64,000 nucleotides of DNA from contig CM052817.1 of the NCBI GenBank assembly GCA_028534125.1, forward strand, positions 87,732,001 to 87,796,000, in the 5' to 3' direction. The first letter of the stretch is position 1. The number at the start of each line of letters is the position of its first letter. Positions 27,090 through 40,320 of this stretch are shown here, one piece after another. This DNA comes from Lama glama. Lineage: Eukaryota. The notes beneath the pieces are model-generated. The model made no database searches, was not told the origin of the DNA, and worked only from the letters and a program-made list of their open reading frames with translations. The translations under genes and the position numbers were made by a program.

Positions 27090-27240
27090 TTGTTGAATAC
27101 GTTTGGGAAACTGCAAATTATATCTCTTGGTAATTTATAAAGCATATTTGTATATTAAAACCAAAAATTTGTTCAGAAGAGAATGTTAAACACTTAAAAA
27201 ACAGTTTAACAAAATATTTTCCAAATTAATCTGCCTTCAA
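27090..27240. mobile_element. Possible hAT-Charlie MITE remnant
   Basis: gtttgggaaactgca...gtttaacaaaatattttccaaattaat loosely resembles Charlie4-type elements. Highly degenerate. Confidence 0.35.
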
Positions 27241-28211
27241 AATAACCTGCAATCATGCTTATCTATCTCAATTTTATTTTTCAAACAGATTTGTCCTATG
27301 TTTTACTCAGTGGGTTCCAACTTCTAAGTCAGGGCAATTGTAAGTTATGGAAATGAAAGCTGTGAATAATTTGCCTTAAAATAAACACAAGTAAAGCAGA
27401 TTTTTGGTTTTCTCTTCAATATAACTCAGGTTTTCATTTCTGTATCATTTCATTTCTATACCTTAATCTGAAGAGAAAGGAATGACATTCTAACTTGCAA
27501 ATTGTGCAGAGTCTTCCAACCATTCACTGGCATGTCTGAGAGATGGTTTTGCAACAGAGAATACTGACAGTCCTGTTTGTTATTGAGAACATCTGACTCT
27601 AATACCTAGCTTATCTGAAAATAAACTGTATTTCATATGCAAACATTTACATTCTTCTTAGAAATGGGTAAGATACACAAATATTATCGCTGGCAATTAT
27701 AAAAAGTGCAAGAAAATTTGACAGTTTCTGGAAAAACATACAAGGTGAAGCAAAAAGCAAAGTAACTCCTTTGTCTGAGAAAATCTTAACCAGAATGATC
27801 TGACTGTACTTAAGAGCATACTAATGAAATTTTAAGTGGTGTTTACAATTAATTTGAGGTGCTGCTGAACTTTGAATCTTTCCCTTAGTATTTCCTAAAG
27901 TTTCCTGGTAGTCAATACTGAATTCACAAGACATTCTTCTTAAGAGTTCTTCTTCAGAATTATTTCTCAAAATACTGTTCTTACTATATGTCCAATTTTC
28001 TTTTGGTCAACAACATTTACACTTCCTGAATATAACCAGGTATGTCTTGCCTAAAATCAGCGTTTTATTTGCTTTAACCACAAAATGGGATGTTCTCCTG
28101 TTTGAAATTAAATTTTTTTTTTTTTGGTAAAGTGAAAACTGGACTTCCTGGGCTCTTATTAAACATACATGTGTGCACATATACATTAATCTATATACAT
28201 GGATTAGCTTG

Positions 28212-28302
28212 TTTTATACATATGTATGTATGTGAGATATATATATGTGTGTGTATATATATATATGTATATGTATATGTATATATACACATATATATAT
28301 GC
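28212..28302. repeat. Compound (TA)/(TG)/(TATATG)n microsatellite
   Basis: atatatatatgtgtgtgtatatatatatatgtatatgtatatgtatatatacacatatatatat. Confidence 0.9.
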
Positions 28303-28304
28303 AA

Positions 28305-30570
28305 GTTTGCATTCTGTGTATAGATGTAATTTCTTTTCCTGGCTCTTTCTGTCTTTCCTTCAAGTTATGTGTAATAATGGTTTGTTCTCTTATAATGTTG
28401 AATAGTATTCCATCATATGAATGTATCACAATTTGCTTACCTATTCACCTGCTGTGGAATATTTGAGTTGTATCCTCAATTTACTATGAACATTCTTGTG
28501 CAAGGATTTTTGTGGGCATACATTTTTATTTCTTTTGGAAAAATACCTAGCCATGGGATTTCTGAGACATGTGTTTTCCAAAATGGAATCTGTTTTCCAA
28601 AGTGGCTGTACCATTTCACAAAACCAAGAGACCTGTTTTACTCTAGTTGTCCCACATACTTGGCAACTCTTGATACGGTCAGCCTGTATAATTTTAGGCA
28701 TTCTATTGAGCTTATAGTGGTAATCTATGGTGACTAAAGATGCTAATCATCTCATCATTTGTTAATTATTTTATGTCTTGTTTTGTGATGTGTCTGTTCA
28801 AACAGATTTTCTATTTTCTTAATTGGGTCATTTCTTTACAAATTCTGAATATTAGTCCCTTATGAAATATATATTGCTAATATTTTCTTCCATTTTGTGT
28901 GTATGTGTGTGTGTGTGTGTTTTAAGTACTTACTGGTGAGTACTGTCTTTGAGAAACTAGAAGATCTGAAATTTGATGAAGTTCAATTTATGAATTTTTT
29001 TCCTGTTATGTGCTTTATGTATCCTAAGAAATCTCTGAACTCAGATATTGCTCTAAAGTATCAAACACTGTCTTCTATATTTTCTTCTAAATATGTTATA
29101 TTTTAAACTTATATATTCAGACCTATGATCTGTTTTAATTTCTGTCTTTGGTGTGAGGTAAGGGTTTAGATATCTAGTTGTATTACAACCTTGTTATTAT
29201 TCTACAGGTTACTGATGCTTTGCCCATTTTTTTTCTTTTTATTTTTTTAATTTATCTTTGTGTGTCAGTTTAAGTATTGCTTTAGACTCAGTCGTGTCTC
29301 CAAAAACTCATCTGTTGAAGCTGTAACCTCCAATGTGATTCTATGCTGAGATAGGGCTTATAAGGAGATAATTAAGGGTAAATGAGGTCATAAGGGTGGG
29401 GCCCTGATAAGACAGTATTAGTGTTCTTTTAAGAAGAGAAACCAGAGTTCCTTCACTCTCTGTGTGAGCACAGAGGAAAGGCCCCTTGTGGACATAGTGA
29501 GAAGGGGCACACCAGGAAGAGAGCTCTCACCAGAACCTGATCATGCTGATCTCCAACTTCTGGCCTCTGTAACTATAGGAAAATAAATATTTGTTGTTCA
29601 AGACACCCAGTCTATAGTATATTGTTATGGTAGCCCAAACTAACATAGATATTCTCAATTTTTATTTCTTTGCATTTATTGCTAATTTGAACTTTAGTGC
29701 CTAATTGGCTGCTTAACCTCACCCAGTGAATATTTAAATTTAGATACTGTATTTTTTATCCCTAGAAGTTCCATCTGGTATTTCTCTGTTGTATTTTGCT
29801 TTTCTATAAAATCTTGAATATTCAATGCTTTTCTTACATGGCTCACAATTCTATTTCTTTGTATGGTTAGTGATTGTTTTATTAGATCCCAGATACTGAA
29901 TACGCCATGTTTTTTGAGTGTTTATATTTTGTTGATTTCCTTTAAATAGTACTGAAGTTTGCTCTAGGAGGCATTTAAGTCATACTCCAAAGTTTTTTAA
30001 AAATTTTCGTTAAGGTGGAGAAGGCTTTAATCAACGGCTAATACAGACTTGCTACCCAGTTGTGACCCTTCAAATGTTTCTGTTGATTGTCCAAGTGTTC
30101 AACAAGGTTTCTTTACTCTCTGGACAAAATCTGAATGTCTTCCATCCCCGTGTGTGGCCTGGGAATTAGTAGTCTTATATATTGTTTGCAGTTGGTTTTG
30201 CTTGGCTTTGTGGAGGTTCACTGTATGCATATGCAGATTAATATACAGCAAAGAAAAAAAAGGACCAATATGAGTATTTATTTTCCAAGATCCCTTCTTT
30301 CTGATAAGCCTCAGTCTCCCAAAACTCCAATCTGTGTCTCTCAATTCAACAAAACTTACAGGCTCTGCTTTCTTTTTTCTTGCACTGTAATCCAGAACTT
30401 GCCTCCCTTCAGATGAAAAGGTAGAGAAATTGTAGGGCTCACCTTATTCTCTATGAACCATAATCCTATGATTCTTATCATTCCAATGAGGAAAAACATT
30501 GTTTTGTACATTTGTTCAGGTTTCCAGTTGTTTGCAAGGCAAGGCAAGCTGCATACCACTTACTGCTTTA
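28305..30570 (-). mobile_element. Old L1M (L1MC/ME-like) fragments: 3' portion then 5' portion, interrupted by an MLT1A LTR
   Basis: 3'-region motifs (ctatgaacattcttgtgcaagg...ttttccaaagtggctgtaccattt) and 5'-region motifs (aattgtagggctcaccttattc...tttccagttgtttgcaagg). Confidence 0.75.
29278..29645 (+). mobile_element. MaLR solo LTR (MLT1A-like)
   Basis: aaatgaggtcataagggtggggccctga; gagctctcaccagaacctgatcatgctg; aataaatatttgttgttcaagacacccagtctatagtatattgttatggtagccc. Confidence 0.88.
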
Positions 30571-33189
30571 TAGGATTTACAAATAAGCACTGATTTGGAA
30601 AATATATAAAGTAAAGAGTATTTCTAGATATTTTTGCTCTGTTTCAGAAATAGGATTAATGTGGGATGGAATTGAGACAATAAGCATGAGCATGAGAGAA
30701 AGGATTTCTGAAAGTTGAGGGAGTAATGCAGTTCATACATATGTAAAAGGTGGACAGTTAAACATTTTAAAATAACAAGATAGGGATTAAGAAACAGGTG
30801 GCTTTGTTTGTAATGCACAGGCATTAACCACTTTTCCCCTCAACGTCCTACTAATAATATGGTACAATATAATAAAAAGTACATGAGTTTATAGGAAAGA
30901 AGGTAAAAGCAAAGATTTCAATAATTTTTTGAATTCTACAAAGCAGTAGAATCATTAATTTAATAAGTAAAGAAGTGTTTAGCATAAATACATTTTGAGA
31001 AAAATATCACTGAACAACCAAGTTCATTTACCCTGTTGAATCTCTGGGAAGCTTAGTTCTTGGAGTGACCATTTCAAAGGTGACAAAATCATTGAGGTGA
31101 ATTTTATGTTAATTTGTCATTTTTTGCTATAGAAAATATATTCAAATAGATTTGGGAAATCTCTTTTAAAAATTAATATTTTGCTTCTAAAAGTTATATG
31201 CAAAATTTTCATTTGTATGAAGAACTTGATTTTATATATTGCTAAAACTGTTCACATATTTTCATTTTCCTTCAACCTGATGTACATATACAAACTAAGA
31301 GATAACTTATGTAATTATTTGTTTTGAAAGATGTGTGAATGAGTACTAAACTCTTTTCTTGTTATTTTCTCTAGTATTGCCAAGTTAATATTTACTTATT
31401 TTCTTTTTATACCATGTACAATTTCATTTCTTAGAGGAAGACAAGTAATTGTAACATCTGAACAATGGAATTATATTTATAATCAACTAGAAATAAGAAT
31501 CACTTTATGATTGTTTAAAATTCATCTTAATAGATGGTCTGGTTACCCCTGGGTAAATGATTTATTTTTGACTGAACTACTACCAGATGATATAGAACTG
31601 TATAGGATTGTAAACTTGGAAAAGAAGCAGTTGAATATAGTGAAACGTGAATATCATGGTTTGCTCAGAAGCATAGCAATATAAGATAACCACAAGCATA
31701 AACTTAAGGGTTTCTTTTGTTAGTAAATTAAAAATAACTCTTGAGTATTATAAAATATATCTTGTAATCTGGAGGAGAACAATTAATATCTCTTATAAAA
31801 TATTTAATAATTATAATTGTATACATAAACAAAGACATCTAATTGTTCCTATTCAGTCCATCACACAAGCAATAACAAGATTTCATGAATTAATCACTTC
31901 AGACTGATTAAAGAGCACTGTAAAAAGCCCACCTTTAGGCTTTTAAAAAAATATTTGACTTCCAACTCATCATATAAATGAATATGAAAGCAAACAGTTG
32001 TTAACTTTAAAACCTAGGTCTCATACTCTCTTTTGAGATGTAGTCAACAACATTGGTCAGAGGAAATGTACCATAGTTTGAGACAATTTGTTCCTACTGA
32101 TAGGTGTTCCTAGCTATAACCAGCATAGTCAATTCCCTTCCTCTTCTGCCCTTATTATAAAGAAACTAAAAAATATTTCTGTAGCTGCTATAAAATTATT
32201 CACTTATAGGAACAAGAAAGTTCTAATATAATTCTGTTCTCAGAGTCCTGATGGGTGAAACGATGCAATGAATGGAACTTCTGGTGTTTATAGTAATAAA
32301 ATCCCTTGGAGAGGGTCCAAAATCCATTTGCCTAATACTGAATTGTGTGTTCCTAATGCTGCTATAGTGGCATTTCAGTCTATTTCGGAAGAACAGATGC
32401 CCACTGTTTTGGTTTTGCAGATTTTCACAGGAGATTGGCTTGTCTGCTCACTAAATGGCAGAACAATTTAGAAAATATCTCTGGTCATAACTTCTTCATT
32501 TAAATTGATTAAGAGTGCAACCTATGTAGTAACACAGAACTATGTATAATCCAGTCTTTCCAAATTGTATTGCCAGCTGATGAAGACTTGGAATTAATTT
32601 GACTAAAAGCCAAAACCAGAAATATTTTTCAAGTATTTTATGCAACCATGCATGCCAACAAAATTTAACTTTCCTTAATTTTGATACATATTGAGAGATA
32701 GATGTTAAAACTTGAGGTATTTAAAGTGCTTCACATCTTTTTAAATCTATGTCATAATTTTTTTCAACATGTCAGTGTTCAAAATGTTTTCATAAATTAT
32801 AATAGTAATATTTTCTGATTTAAATACCGAAACACCACATAGAGTTAATTTTTATGTACTCATAGTGATAGACAGATACAGAAGATAGATACAAAAGTTC
32901 TGCTAGTAATTTGAGATTACTCTGATTGTAATCCAAAAGAGCAGAGATCTACTGAAATTAGGAGCAGCCCATGGCAACGTTTCATTTATTGCTCAAAGAA
33001 GTTGAAAAACAGTGCAAAACTGATCATTACAAATTCAGTTCCGTTCAATTTCAATTGTGTTCTTGATGCTGTTTATCAAACCCATAATTAGTTTTTGATT
33101 CCCTAGCTAATTCACTACATAGGATTTTCTCTCCTCCCTCTTCGTTGCCCTAAGCTGATAATCACATCTCCTTCTATGCAATTTAAAAT

Positions 33190-33385
33190 AGTGAAAGGAC
33201 TGTATAATTTGGTTTTGGAAAATTAGGGTTTTAATTAAGATTTTTCATTTTTATCTGTGTTAAGTCATATCACTGTGTTTCTCTGTTCTAAGTTATAAAT
33301 AAAAAAATAGTACCTAACTCACAGCAATAATGTGAAAAGAAAATGTGAGCATGTATGTTGAATTTTTTTGTGTAGCCTGCTGTGA
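33190..33385 (+). mobile_element. MIR SINE (degenerate)
   Basis: aaaaatagtacctaactcacagcaataatgtgaaaagaaaatgtgag. Confidence 0.55.
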
Positions 33386-33403
33386 ATAAATCATTGTGTA
33401 TGA

Positions 33404-33597
33404 CAATGGTTCTTAAAAGTTTGGTCCTGCAAAAAAAAAAAGCAGCATCAAGAAAATGGAGAATTTGTTAGAAATGCAAAGCAGTTAAACCCCATTCCAG
33501 ATCTCCTGAATCAGAAACTCTAGGCGTACAGCCTAGTAATCTGTTTCAACAAGCCCTTCAGGTGATTTTGGTGCTTAGTAAAGTTTGAGAACCATCA
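33404..33597. mobile_element. MER5A hAT-Charlie MITE
   Basis: Terminal inverted repeats caatggttcttaaa / tttgagaaccat. Internal ttgttagaaatgcaaa...ctgaatcagaaactct...aacaagcccttcaggtgatt. Confidence 0.88.
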
Positions 33598-33974
33598 GCA
33601 TAAAGAATTCTACTTGTCTTTCAACTTGGCATCAGAGTCTTGCCTGCTATACTCCTCTGACAACCACTTGTAATTTTTATTTAATGATTTGTCAAATGGT
33701 CATTGATAATGACATCAATCTTTCACACATGGCTTTATAACATGAATTATTAAATATTTAAAATGTAATGAAAATCTCCAGATACGATTTTAAACACAAT
33801 TATATAAAACATAATTTAACTCATGTAGATATCTATTTTGATATTAGTTTCAAATTTCACCTCCATATGGAATTGGTTAAGACATCACACATCACATTGT
33901 GTTAGAATCTAGGAAATACTATTGTTTTACTCCAATTTGGATTTCTCTTCCTTCATTGCTCAAATTCTGGTGAC

Positions 33975-34045
33975 TTCCTTCCTCCCTTGCTCTCTCTCTT
34001 CTCCCTCCCTTTTTCTTTCTTTCTTTCTTTTCTTTTTTTCTTTCA
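33975..34045. repeat. CT-rich low-complexity tract
   Basis: cttccttcctcccttgctctctctcttctccctccctttttctttctttctttcttttc. Confidence 0.8.
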
Positions 34046-34719
34046 TAAATGTCATTATATCATCCTCTGCCATGTTTACTTTCTTTAAATAGTGCTGTTG
34101 GTATGCAACTTCACAGAATGTCTTCATGCATTTGTTTTTAATTCAGCTTAGATAAACAATTTCTGTAAGAATATTATAGAAGATGAAGAGAAGTAAAGAT
34201 AAGAGCAGAGGAAACAAGCAATAAAGGTGTTATTTAATGAAACTTTTGTTGATTTGTTTCTGTCTGTATGTTTAGTTGCAATGCAGAATATTTTCTTACT
34301 CTGGTTTGAAGGAAAAAGAAAAAAAAAACTCACGTATAATGTCTGCCTTCAATACATTTTTTTCCTCTTTTTCTCTCTCTCAAGTCTAATACTTCTGTGT
34401 TGCCTTCCGCCAACACTGCTTTAATGGTTTTGTGTTTTATGCTTCATTCCTTTGGGCAAAAAGAGTAAGTCCAAATTGTTTACAAGCTAAAAAACAGACT
34501 CCCTATCAGAAAGAAATATATCTTTATTAAACATCTCTGGCTGCAGTTGTTTGAGGTTTTACTACCTAACCATTCCTAGCCCACTGCTTGGTGATTTGCA
34601 AAAACATTCTCATACCATAAAACAGTATATATTGTCTTGAAATTATGATTATTTTATTTCCTACTTTAACAGTCTTATTGATAATAACATAATGATTGAT
34701 TGTAAATCTAATGTGATTT

Positions 34720-34930
34720 ATAAAATTATTTATGTGCCAGGCAAAAGCTCTATATGATTTAACTCATTTAATATTAATTGTAACTTTATATAAGAAATAT
34801 TATTATCCCCATTTAACAGATGACTAAGCTGAAAAAAAGAGTATTTAAGTGATCTATTCAAGATCACATAATAGAAATGGTAAAGCAGATGTTTAAACAA
34901 TAGTGATCTTGCTACAGAATGCTTGGTCTT
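34720..34930 (-). mobile_element. MIR SINE
   Basis: tatgtgccaggca...tattattatccccatttaacagatgactaagctga...caagatcacata. Confidence 0.8.
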
Positions 34931-35596
34931 AGCTGTTTCAAGACGAGACCTAAGAGTAAAGTCTTAAACAATCCACTTCAATCATTTCAACCTGTTTTTA
35001 TTTTCTTTTCAGAAGGGCTAGGGGAAAGGGTCAGCATTAGCTTCTAGGGTTTACATGATTTTCAATCTTTGAAAATTTGATAGAGGTGGGAGTGGGAGAC
35101 TCATCTCAATAGTCAAGCCACTGTCTCTGAAGAAGAAATATCCACTTTGTATAAGGAACCTCAAGCAAAGATGAAGAAGGAGGTGACTTCCTTCTCTCCT
35201 ACCCTCCCACCATTCTCCTCAGCACAGCTGATACTGAGGACTCCATGCTGGAGAAGCCTCTGAGCTCAGAGGTGCCTGCTGAGGACACAGATGCAGAGAG
35301 AATGCCTGATTATATTCATTTTGACTGAGGATACAATTGAGCTACTTTTTCCCTTTAAAATATTCATAGCCTTGGGAAATTTTATTTTGTATGCTTTTCA
35401 GGGTTTTTTTTTTCTTTTCAATTAGTTTGCCTTTGAATTTGTACACATTTTATCTTCTCTTTTTTTTTTTTCATTCTTCTATTTTATGATTTTACATCTT
35501 GGACTTCTTTGGCTCACTTTTGTTTCACGTTTCTTTAGTTATTCATATTTATTTTAAAAATCTGACGTTTTCCAAGGAGAAATGAAGTTATATTCA

Positions 35597-35975
35597 ATGA
35601 GACATTTGCCTTGGGACAGAATATTTAAGAGGACATGAAAACTCAGTAATCAAAATATGTAATATTTTCATGCAATATTTTAAAAAAGTCACCAGCAAAC
35701 TATGGCTCATGGGCTGGGCATCTCTTTTAGTAAATAAAGTTTTATTGGAACAAGCACCGGAATTAGATGAGGCGAGTGAGGCACAGTTATGCAAGTGCAG
35801 GGTCAAATTCTGTCTTGATGTAAATTTTTGCTGTTTTTTATCATAGGTTTTTGCATTACTTTTATTTTTAAAACCCTGCATTAAAATACCATGTACGTTG
35901 ATTATGTACCTACTTTGTATCCCTTTGAATTTTCTACCCTGAGACCAATGTCTCGTATCACCCTAGCCCAGCCTG
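35597..35975. mobile_element. MER96B-like palindromic hAT MITE carrying an internal MER58A-like fragment (35688-35753)
   Basis: Inverted arms aactcagtaatcaaaat...atgcaatattttaaaaaa / tttttaaaaccctgcattaaaata...ttgatta. End tcaccctagcccagcctg. Internal cagcaaactatggc...gtaaataaagttttattggaaca. Confidence 0.75.
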
Positions 35976-37704
35976 AGAATATGAGTATTTTTTTGTTGTT
36001 ATTGTTGCTATTTTAAGTAACCTTGAAGTTCACTCTCATACTTTAATTATTGTTTCCTCCCTGAGGTCCACAACTAAAAATATTCCCTCCCAAATTGATT
36101 CTTTTTATAGATAGCACATATAAATGGGTAGATTTTATTGAGTACTTAACATATGTCAGGCTATGTAAGGAATGGCCTACTACACAAATTCAGAGCACAA
36201 GTTTCAAGTATCCCGTTTATTTTTCAAATAAAACATAATAAATTTTTCACATATCAAATTGGGATGAATCAAAGTATTTAATTCTTGGACTGCTTTTCAA
36301 ATATTCCAAAACTATGGAAGGTTATGAAATCCATAATGGCTATCTGAGTGACTTCCACACTTAAACTAGAAATATTTTGCCTAAAGAATAAGAATCACCG
36401 AACTTTCCTCTCTTGCCTTTGCTTCCTGGTGCCACATGGTGCCCCTGTTGAACTCTAGTCCCCCAAAGAACACCCACTGCTGGTCCATTTTGTAATAACA
36501 TCCTTCTGATCTGGGACCTAGCACAGACTACCATAATCCTACATAGCAAAATGATCTTAACTCTTTGTAGGTCAAGCACAGTTAAGTTTATTTTTGCTGG
36601 CCTCCATTCTCTGTTTATTTACCTATGCTCGGTCTTTCTTCTTAGAACTCAAGCTATGAGCTAGATCTTCTGGTGTCAGCCTCATGCAAGGAAGATGGTA
36701 GTTACCCTCTAAAGAAACTATGCTTCTTGTCTTGAGATTAGTTAAAGCAGTTTAGACTCCCAGTGCCTTCAGGTAATTTGGCATTAGCATTCTTGTTGCA
36801 TTTTTATACTCTGAGCCAATCTGCCCACCAATACATGTCTCCTAACTTTGATTCCCAGTGATCTGGTGGAGAATACTGTGTGTTTCCCTCCAGGAAGCTA
36901 CTTAGATTTTTATGTATATTGGAACCCCTTCCTCTCCTATAATTTATTTTCTATTCTAGCCGTGTCAAGTGGTATGGAACCACAAAGGAACAAAAATTCT
37001 AGGGCAGCAGTTTTCAACAAAGATTTACAGAACCAAGAAGACAGATTTCTCCAAAAGGAATGGATGAATGAATTAACAAAATTGTTCCCTGTAATTGAGG
37101 AATATTTATTTGTTTCTTCTGTTTATCTACCTCAAATCATAAAGAAAGGAATTCCCTATATCTGTCCTTTTTAGGACATTCTGTTTCTTGAGGTAGGAAG
37201 AACATCTCAGTTAAGACAGGATCTGGAATTGAGCCATATTTTCTGGAAGATGTCAGTCACAGTGTAAAAGTCTCTGCTTCTACTTGCTTTGATCTCCTGC
37301 TGTTTTGCTGTTTCCTCCACACAGACACAGTTGGCTCCCATTACTGGCTTTTTCCGTTTTATTAGTCTTTAAGTATTTGACATCTCCAGCTTTCTCTACC
37401 CTTCCACCCCCTGCTAATCTCTCTCTGCCCAGACTGTAAAGGACCCTTAGTTCAGCATCCACTGTTAGATCTGTAGACCACTGGCAGAGATCAAAGCCAA
37501 TTTGGGGAGAGAATCAGAATTTCCTGGGGGCTTCACATCTAAGGCACAGTTGCATTTATAATTTCATGATATATATATACTTGGTCATTAATACAGTTAA
37601 TATTTTGAATGCCATTTATTTAATTTTCTATTTTTAAATTGTCTCTATTTGCTAATAACTAAATTGTCCTCTATTGCTCCAAGGAGCAAGAGGAGAGTAT
37701 TTTT

Positions 37705-37880
37705 GTCTTAGAACTTTCAAAATGCTATTAAATATGATCACATATGTAATCCTCATAAAAATTCTATGGATTAGGTGATCATTTGTTTCCTAGGTGAGTA
37801 ATTAGAAGTTTAGAGATCTCAAACAACATTTATAAAATTGCATGGATTGGTAGAGCTAGGATTTGAATCTAGGTTTCTTG
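37705..37880 (-). mobile_element. MIR SINE
   Basis: taatcctcataaaaattctatg...ggtagagctaggatttgaatctaggtttctt. Confidence 0.7.
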
Positions 37881-39519
37881 CAGCCACGTGCCTGCCTGTT
37901 AGTAACCATGAAGGAACATAGCAGCCTTTCAGAAGTTCCTGTAAGGTCCTCTGACACTTCAGCATCACTTCTTCATTCCATTACTCCATATAGCATTCAC
38001 TCCTGAGACAGGCTCTTAAGTTTGGTCAAATAAAAAGTGGGTGAGAATTTTAGGATTGAGAACTAAGGATAGTTCCCTTTATCTCTTATGTTGTCTCTCA
38101 AGAATCAGATGAAAATCAGGGTCTGTGTTCCAAGAATCACTGTATACAATTATACTAATATCTTCCACGTGCTATAAGAAAGTGGGTAATTTTCTAAAAC
38201 ACTTCATTTATGAATGGTGTGAAAATATACCAGTGGTACTAAATACAAAGAACAAAAACATGGGATACACAAAAGAAATCAGGGAAAAATCACCTTTAAG
38301 TTAAAGTCCTTTAAGCAATTATTTTGCCCGAACTTTCTTTAATTATTTTGTACGTCAAATTTCCACGCTGGGTAGAAGCAGCCAACAAAAATACTCACAT
38401 GTCAGAAACTCATGCCTGTGTTCCCTTACAATAGCTGTCAAATTCAGGATAGTTCCCTGAGGAATAATTAAAAATGGCACATTGTCTAGTACAATCAAGG
38501 TGATGTTTAGCCAATGAGTGGAGCAAACTATAGGTGATAACATTGTGTGACTATATTTCTAACATTACTATATACTGTCACAAAATTGATTTGATTTTCT
38601 ATCACAGGCATGAGAACATAGAATTGGTCTAAACGAAAAAAGAATGCAAAGGAAAGGGTGAAATGCGAACTCTTTATGGTCACTGTCCTACTTTGTCGAT
38701 TATATCAATACTGTTTCAATGCAGAATAAAGGATATTCTGCACACCTCTTGTGTGCGTTTTTCTTTTTAACTCCCTACAAACATAAGGGAAAAAAAATGG
38801 CAACAACTATAAAATCACCTCAACAAAGTGACAACAGAAAGTGATTAATTTGTAAATAACTTCTGAAGCTTTTCCTTCTTACACATTGAACATGTCATGG
38901 TAAGTAAGCCACTTGTACAAAATATTACCATGTGTCTCACAGCCCAACCACTAATTAGTACTGAATTTTGTCTTTGAATCTGAAAAATTACATTGCTCCC
39001 TTTTTCTTCATTTCTGAAAACAATTTGCTAACCACTTTCATCATAACATTTGTTTTCCTTTCCATGAATCTTACACAAACAGTGGTTTGTGTTTGTTTCT
39101 CAAAGTCTACAAGTATTTTGGTCCTGTTGCATTTTGGCATATATTATTAACAGTATTTCAGTATATAATGATGTGTGGCTGCAACTGACACAGTTATCAT
39201 CAAAGTAAGTCAAATAGATTGTTCACAGAGAGGTAATAAAAATGTTTCACTTAGTTTTTCCTTGTCATTCTGAAAATAGTGTTGGTCCTCAAGAGAATTA
39301 CCAGCTTGTTTTGTAATTTTAGTGAAGAATACAATTTTTGCAACTACTTTTTAGTCTTTATCTGCTATCTGGGCAATGATAATATAATTTAATAAATATA
39401 TATCTCAGATATGAATATTTTATGATAAATATTTTTTAAAGTCAATTAATTCAAAATTTTCTAAACAGGAAGAGAACTTTGTCTTTTAAAACCTGGGGTT
39501 TAGTCCCAACGAATCATGT

Positions 39520-39823
39520 AATGTTTATGGCATGGACTAAAGCCAGCCTGCCACCTGTTTCCTATGGTCAAAGAGCTAAAAATGTTTTTTGTACTTTAAA
39601 GTGGTTGCAGAAAAATCAAAAGAATCATATTGAGTGTCATGTTAAAATCAGATAGTTGATATTAGTGTCCATTCATGAAACTGATTATTAAACACTGGTT
39701 TACATAAAGTCTTTCACTGTGTTTGTGCTACAACATGGCTGAGTAGCTGAAATAGAGATCTTATGACCAGCAAAGCCTAAAATATTATCTGGCCCTTTAC
39801 AGAAAAAAACTTTGTAGATCCCT
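39520..39823 (+). mobile_element. MER58B hAT-Charlie MITE
   Basis: cagcctgccacctgttt...gagctaaaaatgttttt...gcaaagcctaaaatattatctggccctttacagaaaaaaactttgtagatccctg. Confidence 0.85.
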
Positions 39824-40099
39824 GCTCTGGATATACTGAGGTAAGTGACTAATCCTGCCAGGGAGTCTCCTTCATGTGTTAAAAGGAGACAAACCTCACT
39901 GTCTAATTGAGGCAGGTGGTTGCTATAAAATGGTATCCTGTATTGGATGAGGGTTCTTGGATTCATGAAGCTAGGAGTGGTCATCACACATTTACCCAAT
40001 CAATATTTCATTTCATATGTGAATGATTAGATAACTTACCTAAGTTTACCCAGTTTGATGGTAGTGGTGAAATGTTAGAAACCAGACTATAGAATTAAT

Positions 40100-40320
40100 A
40101 ATGGCCAGTTTTATATGCTTAATACTTGGTGATTCTTATGCCAAAACTTTATATACATTTTTGTTTTTAATCTTCACAATTTTGCATAATAGGAATTATC
40201 ATCACTAATTTTTAGCTTAACTGAACCTTACAGGAGTTAAATAACTGCCTCATTGTGCTAAAGTTAGTCAGAGTCAGAAACAGTATTCTAACTTGGGTTC
40301 CTCTGACTCCTAGGATTTTA
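40100..40320 (-). mobile_element. MIR SINE
   Basis: ttaatcttcacaat...ggagttaaataactgcc...gtattctaacttgggttcctctgactcc. Confidence 0.65.

Noticed and set aside
27460..28050. Minus-strand protein-like frames (possible decayed exons)
   Set aside because: They need assumed frameshifts or weak acceptors, and I recognise no homology.
28090..29106. Cluster of ORFs rich in Y/I/C/V
   Set aside because: Translation of a TA/TG microsatellite and old L1 sequence.
32230..32520. Possible unitary-pseudogene exon on the minus strand
   Set aside because: Four or more in-frame stops and no identifiable parent protein, so it cannot be told apart from random sequence.
36848..37174. 108-aa ORF
   Set aside because: Non-ATG (ttg) start, no recognisable family and no promoter or splice support.
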